From assembly GCF_000009045.1 (NCBI RefSeq), contig NC_000964.3:3840001-3872000 (forward strand): DNA of 32,000 nucleotides. Reading direction: 5' to 3'. A program made the position numbers and the translations under genes. This stretch comes from Bacillus subtilis subsp. subtilis str. 168. GTDB lineage: Bacteria; Bacillota; Bacilli; Bacillales; Bacillaceae. A model generated the notes under the pieces. That model was not told the DNA's origin and made no database searches. It saw nothing but the letters and a program-made list of their open reading frames with translations. The number at the start of each line of letters is the position of its first letter. Position 1 is the stretch's first letter. This document shows, piece after piece, positions 18,936 to 28,300 of the stretch.

Positions 18936-18954
18936 TCTTAGCAGCTTTTGTCAA
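18926..18954 (-). promoter_or_regulatory. Candidate sigma-A promoter for ywgB-mmr
   Basis: On the minus strand: TTGACA (18954-18949), 17-nt spacer, CATTAT (18931-18926). The -10 lies within the palindrome. Confidence 0.7.
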
Positions 18955-18998
18955 TAAAAAAAGCAAAAGAAACGGATCATTTCTTTTGCTTGGTATGG

Positions 18999-19499
18999 TT
19001 AACAAATCTGCTTCAGTTCCTCTATGTATTGAAGCGCTTCGTCATATTCTTCATTTGTATATTTTTGCTTGCTTTTGATGGTAAAGACTTTTTCTTTCTT
19101 TTCCTCATCCTCAAGCCCGTCAAAGTAAAGGATCGTGGAAACCAGCTCTAAAAACCGTGATGAACGGCTGTTTACACTGTCGATATAGCCTTTCATATCC
19201 GGCATGTCCAGATCAGCATGGTCTAAAAATGCGGAGCCTGTCTCAGTCAGCGAATACCGGTATTGAAAGTAGCCGCCCTTTTTTTCCTTCACCTCATGCA
19301 GAAATCCAAGGTTGCACAGCTCTTCAATCTGGAGCGTCAGTTCCTCTGAATATGGTCCGTAAAAGTGAAAATCATATTTCTCATAGAAAGGAAACTGCAT
19401 TTTCTTGGCGATATAAATCATTTTCTGCAGCTTCTTTCGCCCGATGATTTCTCCAGAATCCGAGAACACCTTCATCAGTTTTGCATGTTCTTTCAACAA
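18999..19499 (-). CDS. ywgA: YwgA family protein, unknown function
   Basis: 166 aa ORF in conserved order with ywfO. Confidence 0.82.
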   Translation of the reverse strand: MLKEHAKLMKVFSDSGEIIGRKKLQKMIYIAKKMQFPFYEKYDFHFYGPYSEELTLQIEELCNLGFLHEVKEKKGGYFQYRYSLTETGSAFLDHADLDMPDMKGYIDSVNSRSSRFLELVSTILYFDGLEDEEKKEKVFTIKSKQKYTNEEYDEALQYIEELKQIC

Positions 19500-19534
19500 A
19501 TTCCCGACATCTCCTTTTTCCTTCTTTCCAATTT

Positions 19535-20836
19535 CTATGTCAGTCCCAGCAGCTGCCGGATTTTCATTTTCGCTTCCGGATGTTTAGTGCCGTCACAAAT
19601 CAAGTCCTTTGGATAGTACAGCTTGTGGTCCGTCCGCCGTTTACCTGAGATGGATTCCACAATAGCCGACTGTCTGGACAGCTCTTTAATTTGGCCGTTT
19701 TGCGTCAAGAGATGGATCGGCAGACGCTCCTCTTCCTCTCCTGGTCGGTAAAAATCGTATGGCAGATCTGATGAAGAATCAACGACCAAATAATAGCTCG
19801 GATCGATCCCCGCCTCTTTGAACAATGAAGTCAGCTCAAAATAAGCCGACATTTCTTCATTCGGATTGAATTCAACGTATTGGAAAAGCTGGCGGTTAAT
19901 GAATCTGCGGCACAAGTCGGATAAAATCGCGTCTTCTTCATCCTCCCAGGCCTGGAAGTAATACAAAATAATAGATTCATCCAGCTTTACATAATCCTCC
20001 AGTGTCAATTTTCCTTCAAAAATAGAATAGAAATGAACCGGAGCGTGAGTGAAGACATAGCCTTCATCGTGCAGCTGCTTCGCCCTGTGAAGAATCTTCG
20101 TTAAAATGACCTCTGCACTTCTAGTCACAGGATGGAAGTAGACCTGCCAGTACATTTGGTAACGGCTCATGATATAGTCTTCGACAGCGTGCATTCCGCT
20201 TTCTTTAATGACGATCTGATCCTCGCGCGGCCGCATCACCCGAAGAATCCGCTCCATATCAAAATGGCCGTAGCTGACGCCCGTATAATATGCGTCGCGC
20301 TGGAGGTAATCCATGCGGTCTGCGTCAATCTGACTCGAAATCAGGCTGACCACTTGCTTGTTTTTATATGTTTTGGCAATGACTTCAGCAACATCCTGAG
20401 GGAAACCCGGGCTCACCTTTCTGAGCACCTGATTAACCTCCGTGTCTCCCAAAATGATACCTCTTGTAAAATCCTCGTGGTCAAGGTGAAAGACCTTTTC
20501 AAATGAATGCGAGAACGGCCCGTGCCCGAGGTCATGAAGCAGCGCCGCGGCCAAACAGAGTTCGCGCTCACTGTCATCCCATTCAGGGCGGCCTTTAAAG
20601 ACGTCATCAACCATTCTTCTGACAATTTCATAGACACCGAGAGAATGGTTGAACCGGCTGTGCTCAGCCCCATGGAACGTCAAATAGGTCGTTCCGAGCT
20701 GCTTAATTCTGCGGAGACGCTGAAATTCACGGGTTCCGATCAAATCCCATATCAGCTTGTCCCGAACATGAACATAGCGGTGCACCGGATCTTTAAACAC
20801 TTTTTCTTCTGATAATTTTCCATTTGGATACGCCAT
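19535..20836 (-). CDS. ywfO: HD-domain phosphohydrolase (dNTP triphosphohydrolase-like)
   Basis: FHGAEHSRFNHSLG and LLHDLGHGPFSHSFE (HD motifs). Start at 20836 (MAYPNG) gives 433 aa with better RBS spacing than 20842. Confidence 0.9.
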   Translation of the reverse strand: MAYPNGKLSEEKVFKDPVHRYVHVRDKLIWDLIGTREFQRLRRIKQLGTTYLTFHGAEHSRFNHSLGVYEIVRRMVDDVFKGRPEWDDSERELCLAAALLHDLGHGPFSHSFEKVFHLDHEDFTRGIILGDTEVNQVLRKVSPGFPQDVAEVIAKTYKNKQVVSLISSQIDADRMDYLQRDAYYTGVSYGHFDMERILRVMRPREDQIVIKESGMHAVEDYIMSRYQMYWQVYFHPVTRSAEVILTKILHRAKQLHDEGYVFTHAPVHFYSIFEGKLTLEDYVKLDESIILYYFQAWEDEEDAILSDLCRRFINRQLFQYVEFNPNEEMSAYFELTSLFKEAGIDPSYYLVVDSSSDLPYDFYRPGEEEERLPIHLLTQNGQIKELSRQSAIVESISGKRRTDHKLYYPKDLICDGTKHPEAKMKIRQLLGLT

Positions 20837-20997
20837 CGTCATTCCCTCTTTTTTTTAGCCGTGTTTCTATTATATCGACTCTATTCTTTGAAAACATCCT
20901 TGAATTTGCCCGGCGATTTGTTCCATCTTCATGAAAAACACATCTTGTGAAGCAAAAAAGCCTGACCTGAGGGCCGAGGCTAAGAAAAAATATGTTT

Positions 20998-21222
20998 TTA
21001 CTTTTTTATTTTCTTTTTTACTTTGTCAATCAGCTCATCCTCTGTCGGAGCTGACAGCGGGCGATTGTTCACAAAAGCAAATGATTTTTTCCGTCCGGGC
21101 CCGCAATAAGATTGGCATCCTACCTCAACCTTTGCGTCCGGGTCCACTTCTTTCAAACGCGGCAGCAATGTTTTGATATTAGTGGCTTGGCAATCATCAC
21201 ACACTCGAAATTCATTAGCCAT
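20998..21222 (-). CDS. ywzC: Small DUF1450-like protein
   Basis: 74 aa with conserved cysteines ([12 protein letters not shown]). Confidence 0.8.
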   Translation of the reverse strand: MANEFRVCDDCQATNIKTLLPRLKEVDPDAKVEVGCQSYCGPGRKKSFAFVNNRPLSAPTEDELIDKVKKKIKK

Positions 21223-21373
21223 GACGTACGCTTCCCTTCATTTCTATGTTCATCTATGTGAATAACCTAAAATCACGTTTCAAAAAAAATCACATCACAC
21301 TTCATTTTACAAGGATTCGACTGTTCCTGCAAGCCGCTCCATCCTTCGTATCTCCTATTCTTTCAGCCAATTT

Positions 21374-21403
21374 GTATAAATATTTTCCAACCTGGACATT
21401 CTA
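21374..21403 (+). promoter_or_regulatory. Candidate sigma-F/sigma-G type forespore promoter of rsfA
   Basis: GTATA, 15-nt spacer, GGACATTCTA. Close to the recalled sigma-F consensus (GYATA ... GGnnAnAHTR) with one mismatch. Confidence 0.5.
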
Positions 21404-21436
21404 ATACCATGAAAAGAAAAATGGGAGTTGAGATAA

Positions 21437-22213
21437 ATGACAAAACAGCGACAAGACGCTTGGTCAGAGGAAAACGATCTGCTTTTAGCCGAAACAGTGC
21501 TTCGGCATGTGAGGGAGGGCAGCACTCAGCTGAACGCCTTTGAAGAAGTCGGCGATAAATTAAACCGGACATCCGCAGCCTGCGGATTCAGATGGAACGC
21601 AGTGGTCCGCCATCAATATGAAAAAGCGCTTCAGCTTGCGAAGAAACAACGAAAACAGCGGATGAGAGCGCTCGGAAACGGGCAGCCCGCGAAAAAAAGA
21701 TTATTATATCAGCCTCCTGCCGTTGATCCTGAAATCATTCAAGAAACCGCTGCAGAAGAGCCGGTTAAAACGGAAACACCATCTGTCGAAAATGAGCAAC
21801 CTTTAATGTCTGGCGAACACATGCCTTTTGTTGATGAAAGCTTTAAGGAAGAGTTAGCTAGTCTATCACACTTATTGTCTCCTCAAACGCCTGCAGCTGC
21901 GCCTGAGATGACGATGAATGATGTGATCCGCTTCCTGCAGAATTACGAAGGCAATCACGAGCAATCATCAGCATTAAAAATGGAAAACGAGCGTTTAAAG
22001 AAAGAAAATCAGGAATTGCAAAACAAAACAGAGCAGCTAGAGGCAGAAGTTCAAAAGCTTGAAAAAGACCAAAAAACGATCCAAGAAGATTATGAAACCT
22101 TGGTGAAAATTATGAACAGAGCCAGAAAGCTAGTTTTATTTGAAGAAGATGAACATGCCTCTCCGTCCTTCAAAATGGACCGGAACGGCAATTTAGAAAA
22201 ATTAGCGGAATGA
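21437..22213 (+). CDS. rsfA: RsfA, prespore-specific regulator with Myb/SANT-like N-terminal domain
   Basis: 258 aa; [24 protein letters not shown]...[14 protein letters not shown] domain plus coiled-coil C-terminus. Confidence 0.93.
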
Positions 22214-22220
22214 CATAGAA

Positions 22221-22252
22221 AAATCCCAAAACGGGCAGCTGTTTTGGGATTT
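22221..22252 (+). terminator. Terminator after rsfA
   Basis: AAATCCCAAAAC-GGGCAGCT-GTTTTGGGATTT, a perfect 12-bp stem. Confidence 0.85.
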
Positions 22253-22356
22253 TCGCCATGTGCAAAATCCCCTTTTCTATTGAGAAAAGAGAATTTCCTC
22301 ATTTTGCAGCCGGATCAGCTATTCTTGTAAAATGAGGCCAAGCTTATGTGAATCTA

Positions 22357-23247
22357 TTAAGACATGTGAGCTGCCTCGGCCGTTTTTTGTTTCCGAGGCG
22401 CAGCAGAAATGACCAAAAGCCCCAGCATCATAAGCGCAATGCCCAGCCACGAGGAAGGCGAAAGCATTTCCCCTATGAAAAACACGCCAAGCAATGAAGC
22501 CGTCAGCGGTTCAGCTAAAGACAGCGTGACCGCCGCCGAGGCCGGAACCCCGGTAAGCCCTTTCGCAAACAAAAAGTATGCGGCACATGTTGCAATTAAC
22601 CCGATGTAAAGGCTTGTTCCCAGTCCTCTAGGGGTCAATATCCACGAGATATCTAACTGCCATAATAGCGGCGTCAGCAAGATGGCGCTGATCATGAATA
22701 CAACGGCGGAGGTCGCTCGCGGAGGCTGGGTTTTCATCATCGCTTTACTGATGAGCGTATAGCCTGCAAAAGAAGCACCCGCTCCAAGCGCCATAAGAAC
22801 ACCAGCCACATCAATCCGAACATTGGAACTGTCGGAAAACAGAAGCCAGCAACCCGCTAAAGCCAGCACAGTCGCAATCCACCAGGAGTTTCGCGGGCGT
22901 TTCTTCAATACAGCCCATTCGAGGGTCCCGGCAATGATAGGCGCACTGCCGATGGCAATCACAGTTCCCACTGCAATTCCCGTTTCTTTAACCGCTGTGA
23001 AAAACAGCGGCTGGTAACACGCCATACAAACAGCGGCTAAAAATACGAGCGGCCATGCCCAATTTTTCACGTGAAGCTCCCGGCTGATCCAAACCGCAAG
23101 CAGCATGGCGCTTCCTCCTATTAATAACCTGAACGCTCCAAATGCCAGCGGTGTGGCGCTTTCTGGAGCCAATGCCTGAACGGTTCCCGTGGTCCCCCAG
23201 AAAAAAGCCGCAATCAATACAAAAAGGCTGTAAATATTCCCCTTCAT
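22357..23247 (-). CDS. ywfM: EamA/DMT-family transporter
   Basis: 296 aa, 10-TM-type hydrophobicity, AFFWGTTGTVQA and SLAEPLTASLLGVFFIGE motifs. Confidence 0.88.
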   Translation of the reverse strand: MKGNIYSLFVLIAAFFWGTTGTVQALAPESATPLAFGAFRLLIGGSAMLLAVWISRELHVKNWAWPLVFLAAVCMACYQPLFFTAVKETGIAVGTVIAIGSAPIIAGTLEWAVLKKRPRNSWWIATVLALAGCWLLFSDSSNVRIDVAGVLMALGAGASFAGYTLISKAMMKTQPPRATSAVVFMISAILLTPLLWQLDISWILTPRGLGTSLYIGLIATCAAYFLFAKGLTGVPASAAVTLSLAEPLTASLLGVFFIGEMLSPSSWLGIALMMLGLLVISAAPRKQKTAEAAHMS

Positions 23248-23369
23248 CTGCCTCTCCCCTTTAATATGGATGCTGATGTCATTTTATCGTTTTTCTTTTT
23301 GTCGTGGTTATCTGTATGTAAGAAGGACTTATCTGAAAATAAGATTATTGAGGTAAAATGCCGCTTGAG

Positions 23370-23405
23370 ATAAAAAATGCATGCCGGCATATACAGCCGG
23401 CATGC
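23370..23405 (-). terminator. Terminator of lipL
   Basis: GCATGCCGGC-ATATACA-GCCGGCATGC, with T-tract TTTTTT on the minus strand. Confidence 0.85.
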
Positions 23406-23414
23406 GAAGAACGT

Positions 23415-24260
23415 TCACCCAAATACCTTTGCATTCCGCTCAGCCATCCGGACGAGGTTTTTCTCAAATTCCATTTCCTCATCAATGGACAGTCCAGCTG
23501 AATAAAGATGGGTGCTTAACGCTTTTAATTCCGTCAATAAAGCGAACATTAAGTCTTGTACGGAGATGTCTTTTTGAAGAAGCTCACTTAAGGACGCCAT
23601 CGTTTCCGGACGTATTTCCGGATAGACGCCTTTTTTATCGTTTTGTTTGTCTTTCAGCGCCGCTTGATAGAATCGTCTGATCAAGTCGGCCCTTTCACTG
23701 CCGCTTTTATCTGCACAGAGATAAATTTGAACAGCGACTCCGCCGCGAACGCGTCTCTGAGAGATGCCGGCGAACTTTTTGCCATTTATACTGAGGTCAT
23801 AGCTGCCGGGACAATAAGACCCTTCAATTTCATAGGCTTCGATCTTTGCGTTGTACGGTCTCAGCATTCGTCTCATCAGCTCGACCATCGCTTCATATCC
23901 TTTGTCTATATCGATGCCTTTCTTTTCGTCCTCGAATATGAGAGAGATATTTAAAACACCGTCATCCAATACGACGGCAAGACCGCCGGAATTGCGTACG
24001 ATCACACGGTATCCTTCGCTCTCCAGCAAGGAGATACCATCCTGCAAAAACGGGAGGCGTGTATCCTGTATTCCAAGGACAATTGTATCGTGGTGCACCC
24101 ATGAGCGCGCTGTCGCCGGCGACACGCCTTTTCCGACGGACATGCATAGCGTATCATCCATTGCGAAGGATTGCTTCGCATCAAATAAAGGGCCGAGACT
24201 GGATTGGTCAATGACTCTCCATTTCGGCTGCATCAGTAAATCAATCGGTTGGTTTGCCAT
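23415..24260 (-). CDS. lipL: Octanoyl-[GcvH]:protein N-octanoyltransferase
   Basis: 281 aa, biotin/lipoate ligase fold; [43 protein letters not shown]. Confidence 0.92.
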
Positions 24261-24308
24261 CTATGTAAAACCCTTTCATGTTAGGCTTATTGAACGAAAA
24301 CTATTATA

Positions 24309-25208
24309 TCATTTCAGCAGCTGTGATTGATAATTGCTTTTCAGCATCGTAATAAAAATTTCTTTATTTTTTGTATTCTCCATGAGAGGAGAATGAATGT
24401 AAGACAGCTTGCGCTTTAACGAGAAATTATTAATATGCAGAATTGAAATTTCGCGGTGGATCAAATCCTTACGCAGCACGCTTCTGGATAGAACCGAAAG
24501 TCCCATGCCGTTAATCACCGCTTCCTTTACACCTTGATTGCTGCTGATGGTAAACATTGATTTCGGCCGAAGTCCATTTGAACTGAGTACATGATCGAGA
24601 TATTCTCTCGTCCCGGAGCCTTTCTCTCTTGTCACCCACGCTTCGTTCTGCAAATCGCTGATCGAAATCTCTTTCCGCCCGGCGAGCGGATGCTGATTTG
24701 GAGCGGCAATGCACATTTCATCCTCCATGAACGGTTCAATTTCCAGCTCATTCTCGTTTGTATGTCCTTCAATCAGCCCGATATCAGCCTGAAGCATCCG
24801 CACACGCTCGCTGACCTCCTCTGTATTGCCAATCATGACATCTAGATTCAGCTCTGGATACAGCTTTTGCAGCTGGGCCAATAGCGGCGGAAGAATATAC
24901 TCACCGATTGTAAAGCTTGCAGCTATTTTCAATTCACCCTTCACATAGTGATGATGCGCATAGATTTCAGCCTTGGCTTGTTCGTAGAGAAACACCATTT
25001 GCTTTGCTCTTTGATATAAAATGTCTCCTGTCGGCGTTGTCGTAAAGTGTTTTGGCGACCTGTTCAGAAGAGCCGTTTGAAATTCTTTCTCAAGATTTTT
25101 GATATGCAGACTGACGCTGGGCTGGGAGATCATCAGCTTTTCCGCCGCTTTTGTGAAGTTTTTTTCTTCTACCACCGCTATAAACGTTTTCAGCACGTCG
25201 TAATACAA
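24309..25208 (-). CDS. cysL: LysR-family transcriptional regulator CysL
   Basis: LTTR N-terminus FIAVVEEKNFTKAAEKLMISQPSVSLHIKNLEKEF. A TTG start at 25208 gives 299 aa. Confidence 0.88.
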   Translation of the reverse strand: MYYDVLKTFIAVVEEKNFTKAAEKLMISQPSVSLHIKNLEKEFQTALLNRSPKHFTTTPTGDILYQRAKQMVFLYEQAKAEIYAHHHYVKGELKIAASFTIGEYILPPLLAQLQKLYPELNLDVMIGNTEEVSERVRMLQADIGLIEGHTNENELEIEPFMEDEMCIAAPNQHPLAGRKEISISDLQNEAWVTREKGSGTREYLDHVLSSNGLRPKSMFTISSNQGVKEAVINGMGLSVLSRSVLRKDLIHREISILHINNFSLKRKLSYIHSPLMENTKNKEIFITMLKSNYQSQLLK

Positions 25209-25310
25209 AAACCCCACCCCTGTCATTAATGAAATATATGGTTATGATTAGTTTTCTTTATTGTACTCATATCATCCGTCTTGGTAAAGAAGGGCTATAC
25301 AGAAGCGCAA

Positions 25311-25340
25311 AAAAGGCAGCCCTCGGTCGAGAGCTGCCAT
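25311..25340 (-). terminator. Probable terminator of pta
   Basis: AAAAAAGGCAGC...GAGAGCTGCC hairpin just downstream of the pta stop. Confidence 0.75.
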
Positions 25341-25354
25341 TGTCTTCAATTTTA

Positions 25355-26326
25355 TTACAGTGCTTGCGCCGCTGTAATTAATGCGAGATTGTAAACATCT
25401 TCAGCGTTACATCCTCTTGAAAGGTCGTTTACAGGCATATTTAAACCTTGCAGGATTGGTCCTACCGCTTCAAAGTTGCCCAAACGCTGAGCGATTTTAT
25501 AGCCGATGTTTCCTGCTTCAAGACTTGGGAATACGAATACGTTAGCGTCCCCTTTGATCTCGGAATCCGGCGCTTTTTTCTCAGCTACAGATGGAACAAA
25601 TGCAGCATCAAATTGGAATTCGCCGTCAAGTGTCAGTTCAGGCGCTTTTTCTTTCGCGATTTTCACTGCATCCGCTACTTTTTCTGTTTCATCAGATTTT
25701 GCTGAGCCTTTTGTAGAGAAGCTGAGCATTGCCACGCGAGGCTCAATGTCGAACATTTTTGCCGTATTGGCACTTTCGATCGCAATCTCGGCAAGATCTT
25801 GGCTGTCAGGTGCAATGTTGATCGCGCAATCTGCGAATACGTATTGCTCTTCTCCGCGAGCCATGATGAACACGCCTGAAGTCTTTTTCACGCCTTCTTT
25901 TGTTTTGATGATTTGAAGAGCCGGGCGGACAGTGTCAGCAGTTGAGTGAGCAGCTCCGCTTACAAGTCCGTCTGCAAGTCCTTTATACACCAGCATTGTA
26001 CCGAAGTAGTTCTCGTCTAATAATGCTTTACGAGCCTGTTCTTCAGTCGCTTTGCCTTTGCGGCGTTCTACGAATGCTTGTACAAGGTCTTCCATGCCTT
26101 CATATGTATGAGGATCATAAATCTTAACGCCGCCCAGCGTAAGGTTCAATTCTTTTGCTTTTGCTTGGATCTCATTTTCATTGCCGATCACAATCGGATT
26201 CAGCACTTTGTTTCCTGCAAGCTTGCTGACCGCTTCTAAAATACGCTCGTCTAAGCCTTCAGGAAATACAATTTTAACGTCTTTTCCAGCTACTTTTTCT
26301 TGCACTGTTGAAAATAAATCTGCCAC
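25355..26326 (-). CDS. pta: Phosphate acetyltransferase
   Basis: 323 aa; SGAAHSTADTVRPALQIIKTKEGVKKTSGVF and GPILQGLNMPVNDLSRGC. Confidence 0.96.
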   Translation of the reverse strand: MADLFSTVQEKVAGKDVKIVFPEGLDERILEAVSKLAGNKVLNPIVIGNENEIQAKAKELNLTLGGVKIYDPHTYEGMEDLVQAFVERRKGKATEEQARKALLDENYFGTMLVYKGLADGLVSGAAHSTADTVRPALQIIKTKEGVKKTSGVFIMARGEEQYVFADCAINIAPDSQDLAEIAIESANTAKMFDIEPRVAMLSFSTKGSAKSDETEKVADAVKIAKEKAPELTLDGEFQFDAAFVPSVAEKKAPDSEIKGDANVFVFPSLEAGNIGYKIAQRLGNFEAVGPILQGLNMPVNDLSRGCNAEDVYNLALITAAQAL

Positions 26327-26595
26327 AATAAAACCTCCTCAAAAAGTTACAAAAACGCTTTCTTTTACTAGCATACTCTTCTTCCAATCAAATTCAAACA
26401 GCCAACTTTCATTATAGCGCTTTCATAAAAAAATCTTATTTTTCTAACTAATTTAAGTGACTCAATCTTCCCTTATAGGTTCTTCTATTTTGATGGAGTT
26501 ATACGGAAGGGATGTTCAAGGTTTCTCCACAGTAGAATCGGATAAACTATGGTATAGTGAAGGCAATCATGAAAAGATAATGGGAGTGAAGATAA

Positions 26596-27360
26596 ATGAG
26601 TGAACAGCAAATGACGAATGAAGCGGCAAAAACGCTTGACGGCTGGTATGCGCTTCATGATTTCCGCACAATGGATTGGGCTTCCTGGAAGCTTCTGTCC
26701 AGTGATGAGCGCCAATCTATCATACATGAATTCACCGGGTTGCTTGAAAAATGGGGCGTAGCCCAAAAAGAAGGAAAAGGATCGCAAACTCTTTACAGCA
26801 TCGTCGGCCAAAAAGCTGATTTTATGCTGATGATCCTTCGTCCTACAATGGAAGAATTAAATCAAATTGAGCTTGAATTCAACAAATCAAGACTTGCTGA
26901 GTTCACCATTCCGGCATACTCCTACGTATCAGTGGTAGAGCTGAGCAACTACTTGGCAAGCGGTGACGGCGATCCTTATGAAAATCCGCATGTGCGCGCT
27001 CGCCTTTACCCTGAACTGCCGGAATCTAAATATGTATGCTTCTATCCAATGGATAAAAGAAGATCTGGCAACGACAACTGGTATATGCTTTCAATGGAAG
27101 AACGCAGAAACTTGATGAGAAGCCACGGTTTAATCGGCCGCAGCTATGCGGGCAAAGTCAAACAGATCATCACCGGCTCTGTCGGCTTTGACGATTACGA
27201 GTGGGGCGTTACATTATTTAGCGATGATGTCCTTCAATTCAAGAAGCTAGTGTACGAAATGCGTTTTGACGAAGTCAGCGCTCGCTATGGCGAATTTGGT
27301 TCATTCTTTGTCGGCAATCACCTTTCGCTTGATACACTTCCTCAATTCTTATATGTATAA
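26596..27360 (+). CDS. hemQ: Coproheme decarboxylase HemQ (chlorite dismutase family)
   Basis: 254 aa; [48 protein letters not shown], ready match to HemQ. Confidence 0.95.
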   Translation: MSEQQMTNEAAKTLDGWYALHDFRTMDWASWKLLSSDERQSIIHEFTGLLEKWGVAQKEGKGSQTLYSIVGQKADFMLMILRPTMEELNQIELEFNKSRLAEFTIPAYSYVSVVELSNYLASGDGDPYENPHVRARLYPELPESKYVCFYPMDKRRSGNDNWYMLSMEERRNLMRSHGLIGRSYAGKVKQIITGSVGFDDYEWGVTLFSDDVLQFKKLVYEMRFDEVSARYGEFGSFFVGNHLSLDTLPQFLYV

Positions 27361-27366
27361 TATCCC

Positions 27367-27393
27367 CTCCCGCCCTATCCGGCGGGAGTTTTT
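27367..27393 (+). terminator. Terminator after hemQ
   Basis: CTCCCGCC-CTATCC-GGCGGGAG-TTTTT. Confidence 0.88.
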
Positions 27394-27492
27394 CAATTCT
27401 CCTTTATCAGAATTTAAATAAAATTTGCTATTTTCTTCGTTTTTTCTTACGATGTAGATAATAATCCATTTTTTTCAAAGGGGTGCAGTTAT

Positions 27493-28272
27493 TTGTCAAA
27501 ACGAACCGCATTTGTTATGGGAGCCAGTCAAGGGATCGGGAAAGCAATCGCTCTGAAATTAGCAGACCAGCACTTTTCCCTCGTCATTAATTCGCGAAAT
27601 TTGGATAATATTGAATCTGTCAAAGAAGACATTTTGGCCAAGCATCCTGAGGCGAGCGTCATTGTCCTTGCGGGCGATATGTCTGACCAGCATACGAGAG
27701 CGGGCATTTTTCAGAAAATCGAATCTCAATGCGGACGGCTTGATGTTCTGATTAATAATATCCCGGGCGGCGCGCCTGACACATTTGATAACTGCAATAT
27801 AGAGGATATGACGGCCACGTTCACTCAAAAGACCGTTGCCTATATTGACGCAATCAAGCGTGCTTCCTCACTGATGAAACAAAACGAGTTTGGCAGAATC
27901 ATCAACATTGTCGGAAATCTGTGGAAAGAACCCGGCGCCAACATGTTCACAAACAGTATGATGAATGCCGCTTTAATTAACGCCAGTAAAAATATTTCCA
28001 TCCAGCTTGCTCCTCACAACATTACTGTCAACTGTCTGAATCCTGGTTTTATCGCTACAGACCGTTATCATCAATTTGTGGAAAATGTGATGAAAAAGAA
28101 CAGCATATCCAAACAGAAAGCAGAAGAACAGATTGCTTCCGGGATTCCGATGAAACGGGTCGGATCAGCCGAAGAAACCGCAGCGCTCGCCGCATTTCTT
28201 GCCTCTGAGGAAGCCTCCTACATCACGGGACAGCAAATTTCCGCTGACGGCGGCAGCATGAAAAGCATATAA
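27493..28272 (+). CDS. bacG: BacG, short-chain dehydrogenase/reductase of bacilysin biosynthesis
   Basis: 259 aa SDR; GASQGIGKAIA plus downstream bacFED genes. Confidence 0.93.
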   Translation: MSKRTAFVMGASQGIGKAIALKLADQHFSLVINSRNLDNIESVKEDILAKHPEASVIVLAGDMSDQHTRAGIFQKIESQCGRLDVLINNIPGGAPDTFDNCNIEDMTATFTQKTVAYIDAIKRASSLMKQNEFGRIINIVGNLWKEPGANMFTNSMMNAALINASKNISIQLAPHNITVNCLNPGFIATDRYHQFVENVMKKNSISKQKAEEQIASGIPMKRVGSAEETAALAAFLASEEASYITGQQISADGGSMKSI

Positions 28273-28300
28273 AAACATCCCGCTTTTTAGCGGGATGTTT
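28273..28300. terminator. Bidirectional terminator shared by bacG and bacF
   Basis: AAACATCCCGCT-TTTT-AGCGGGATGTTT, perfect 12-bp stem. It overlaps the bacF stop codon (28287-28289). Confidence 0.85.

Noticed and set aside
22370-22404. GCTGCCTCGG...CCGAGGCGCAGC hairpin at the 3' end of ywfM
   Set aside because: The right arm carries a bulged G and the T-run is in the loop rather than downstream, so neither a terminator nor a riboregulator is well supported.
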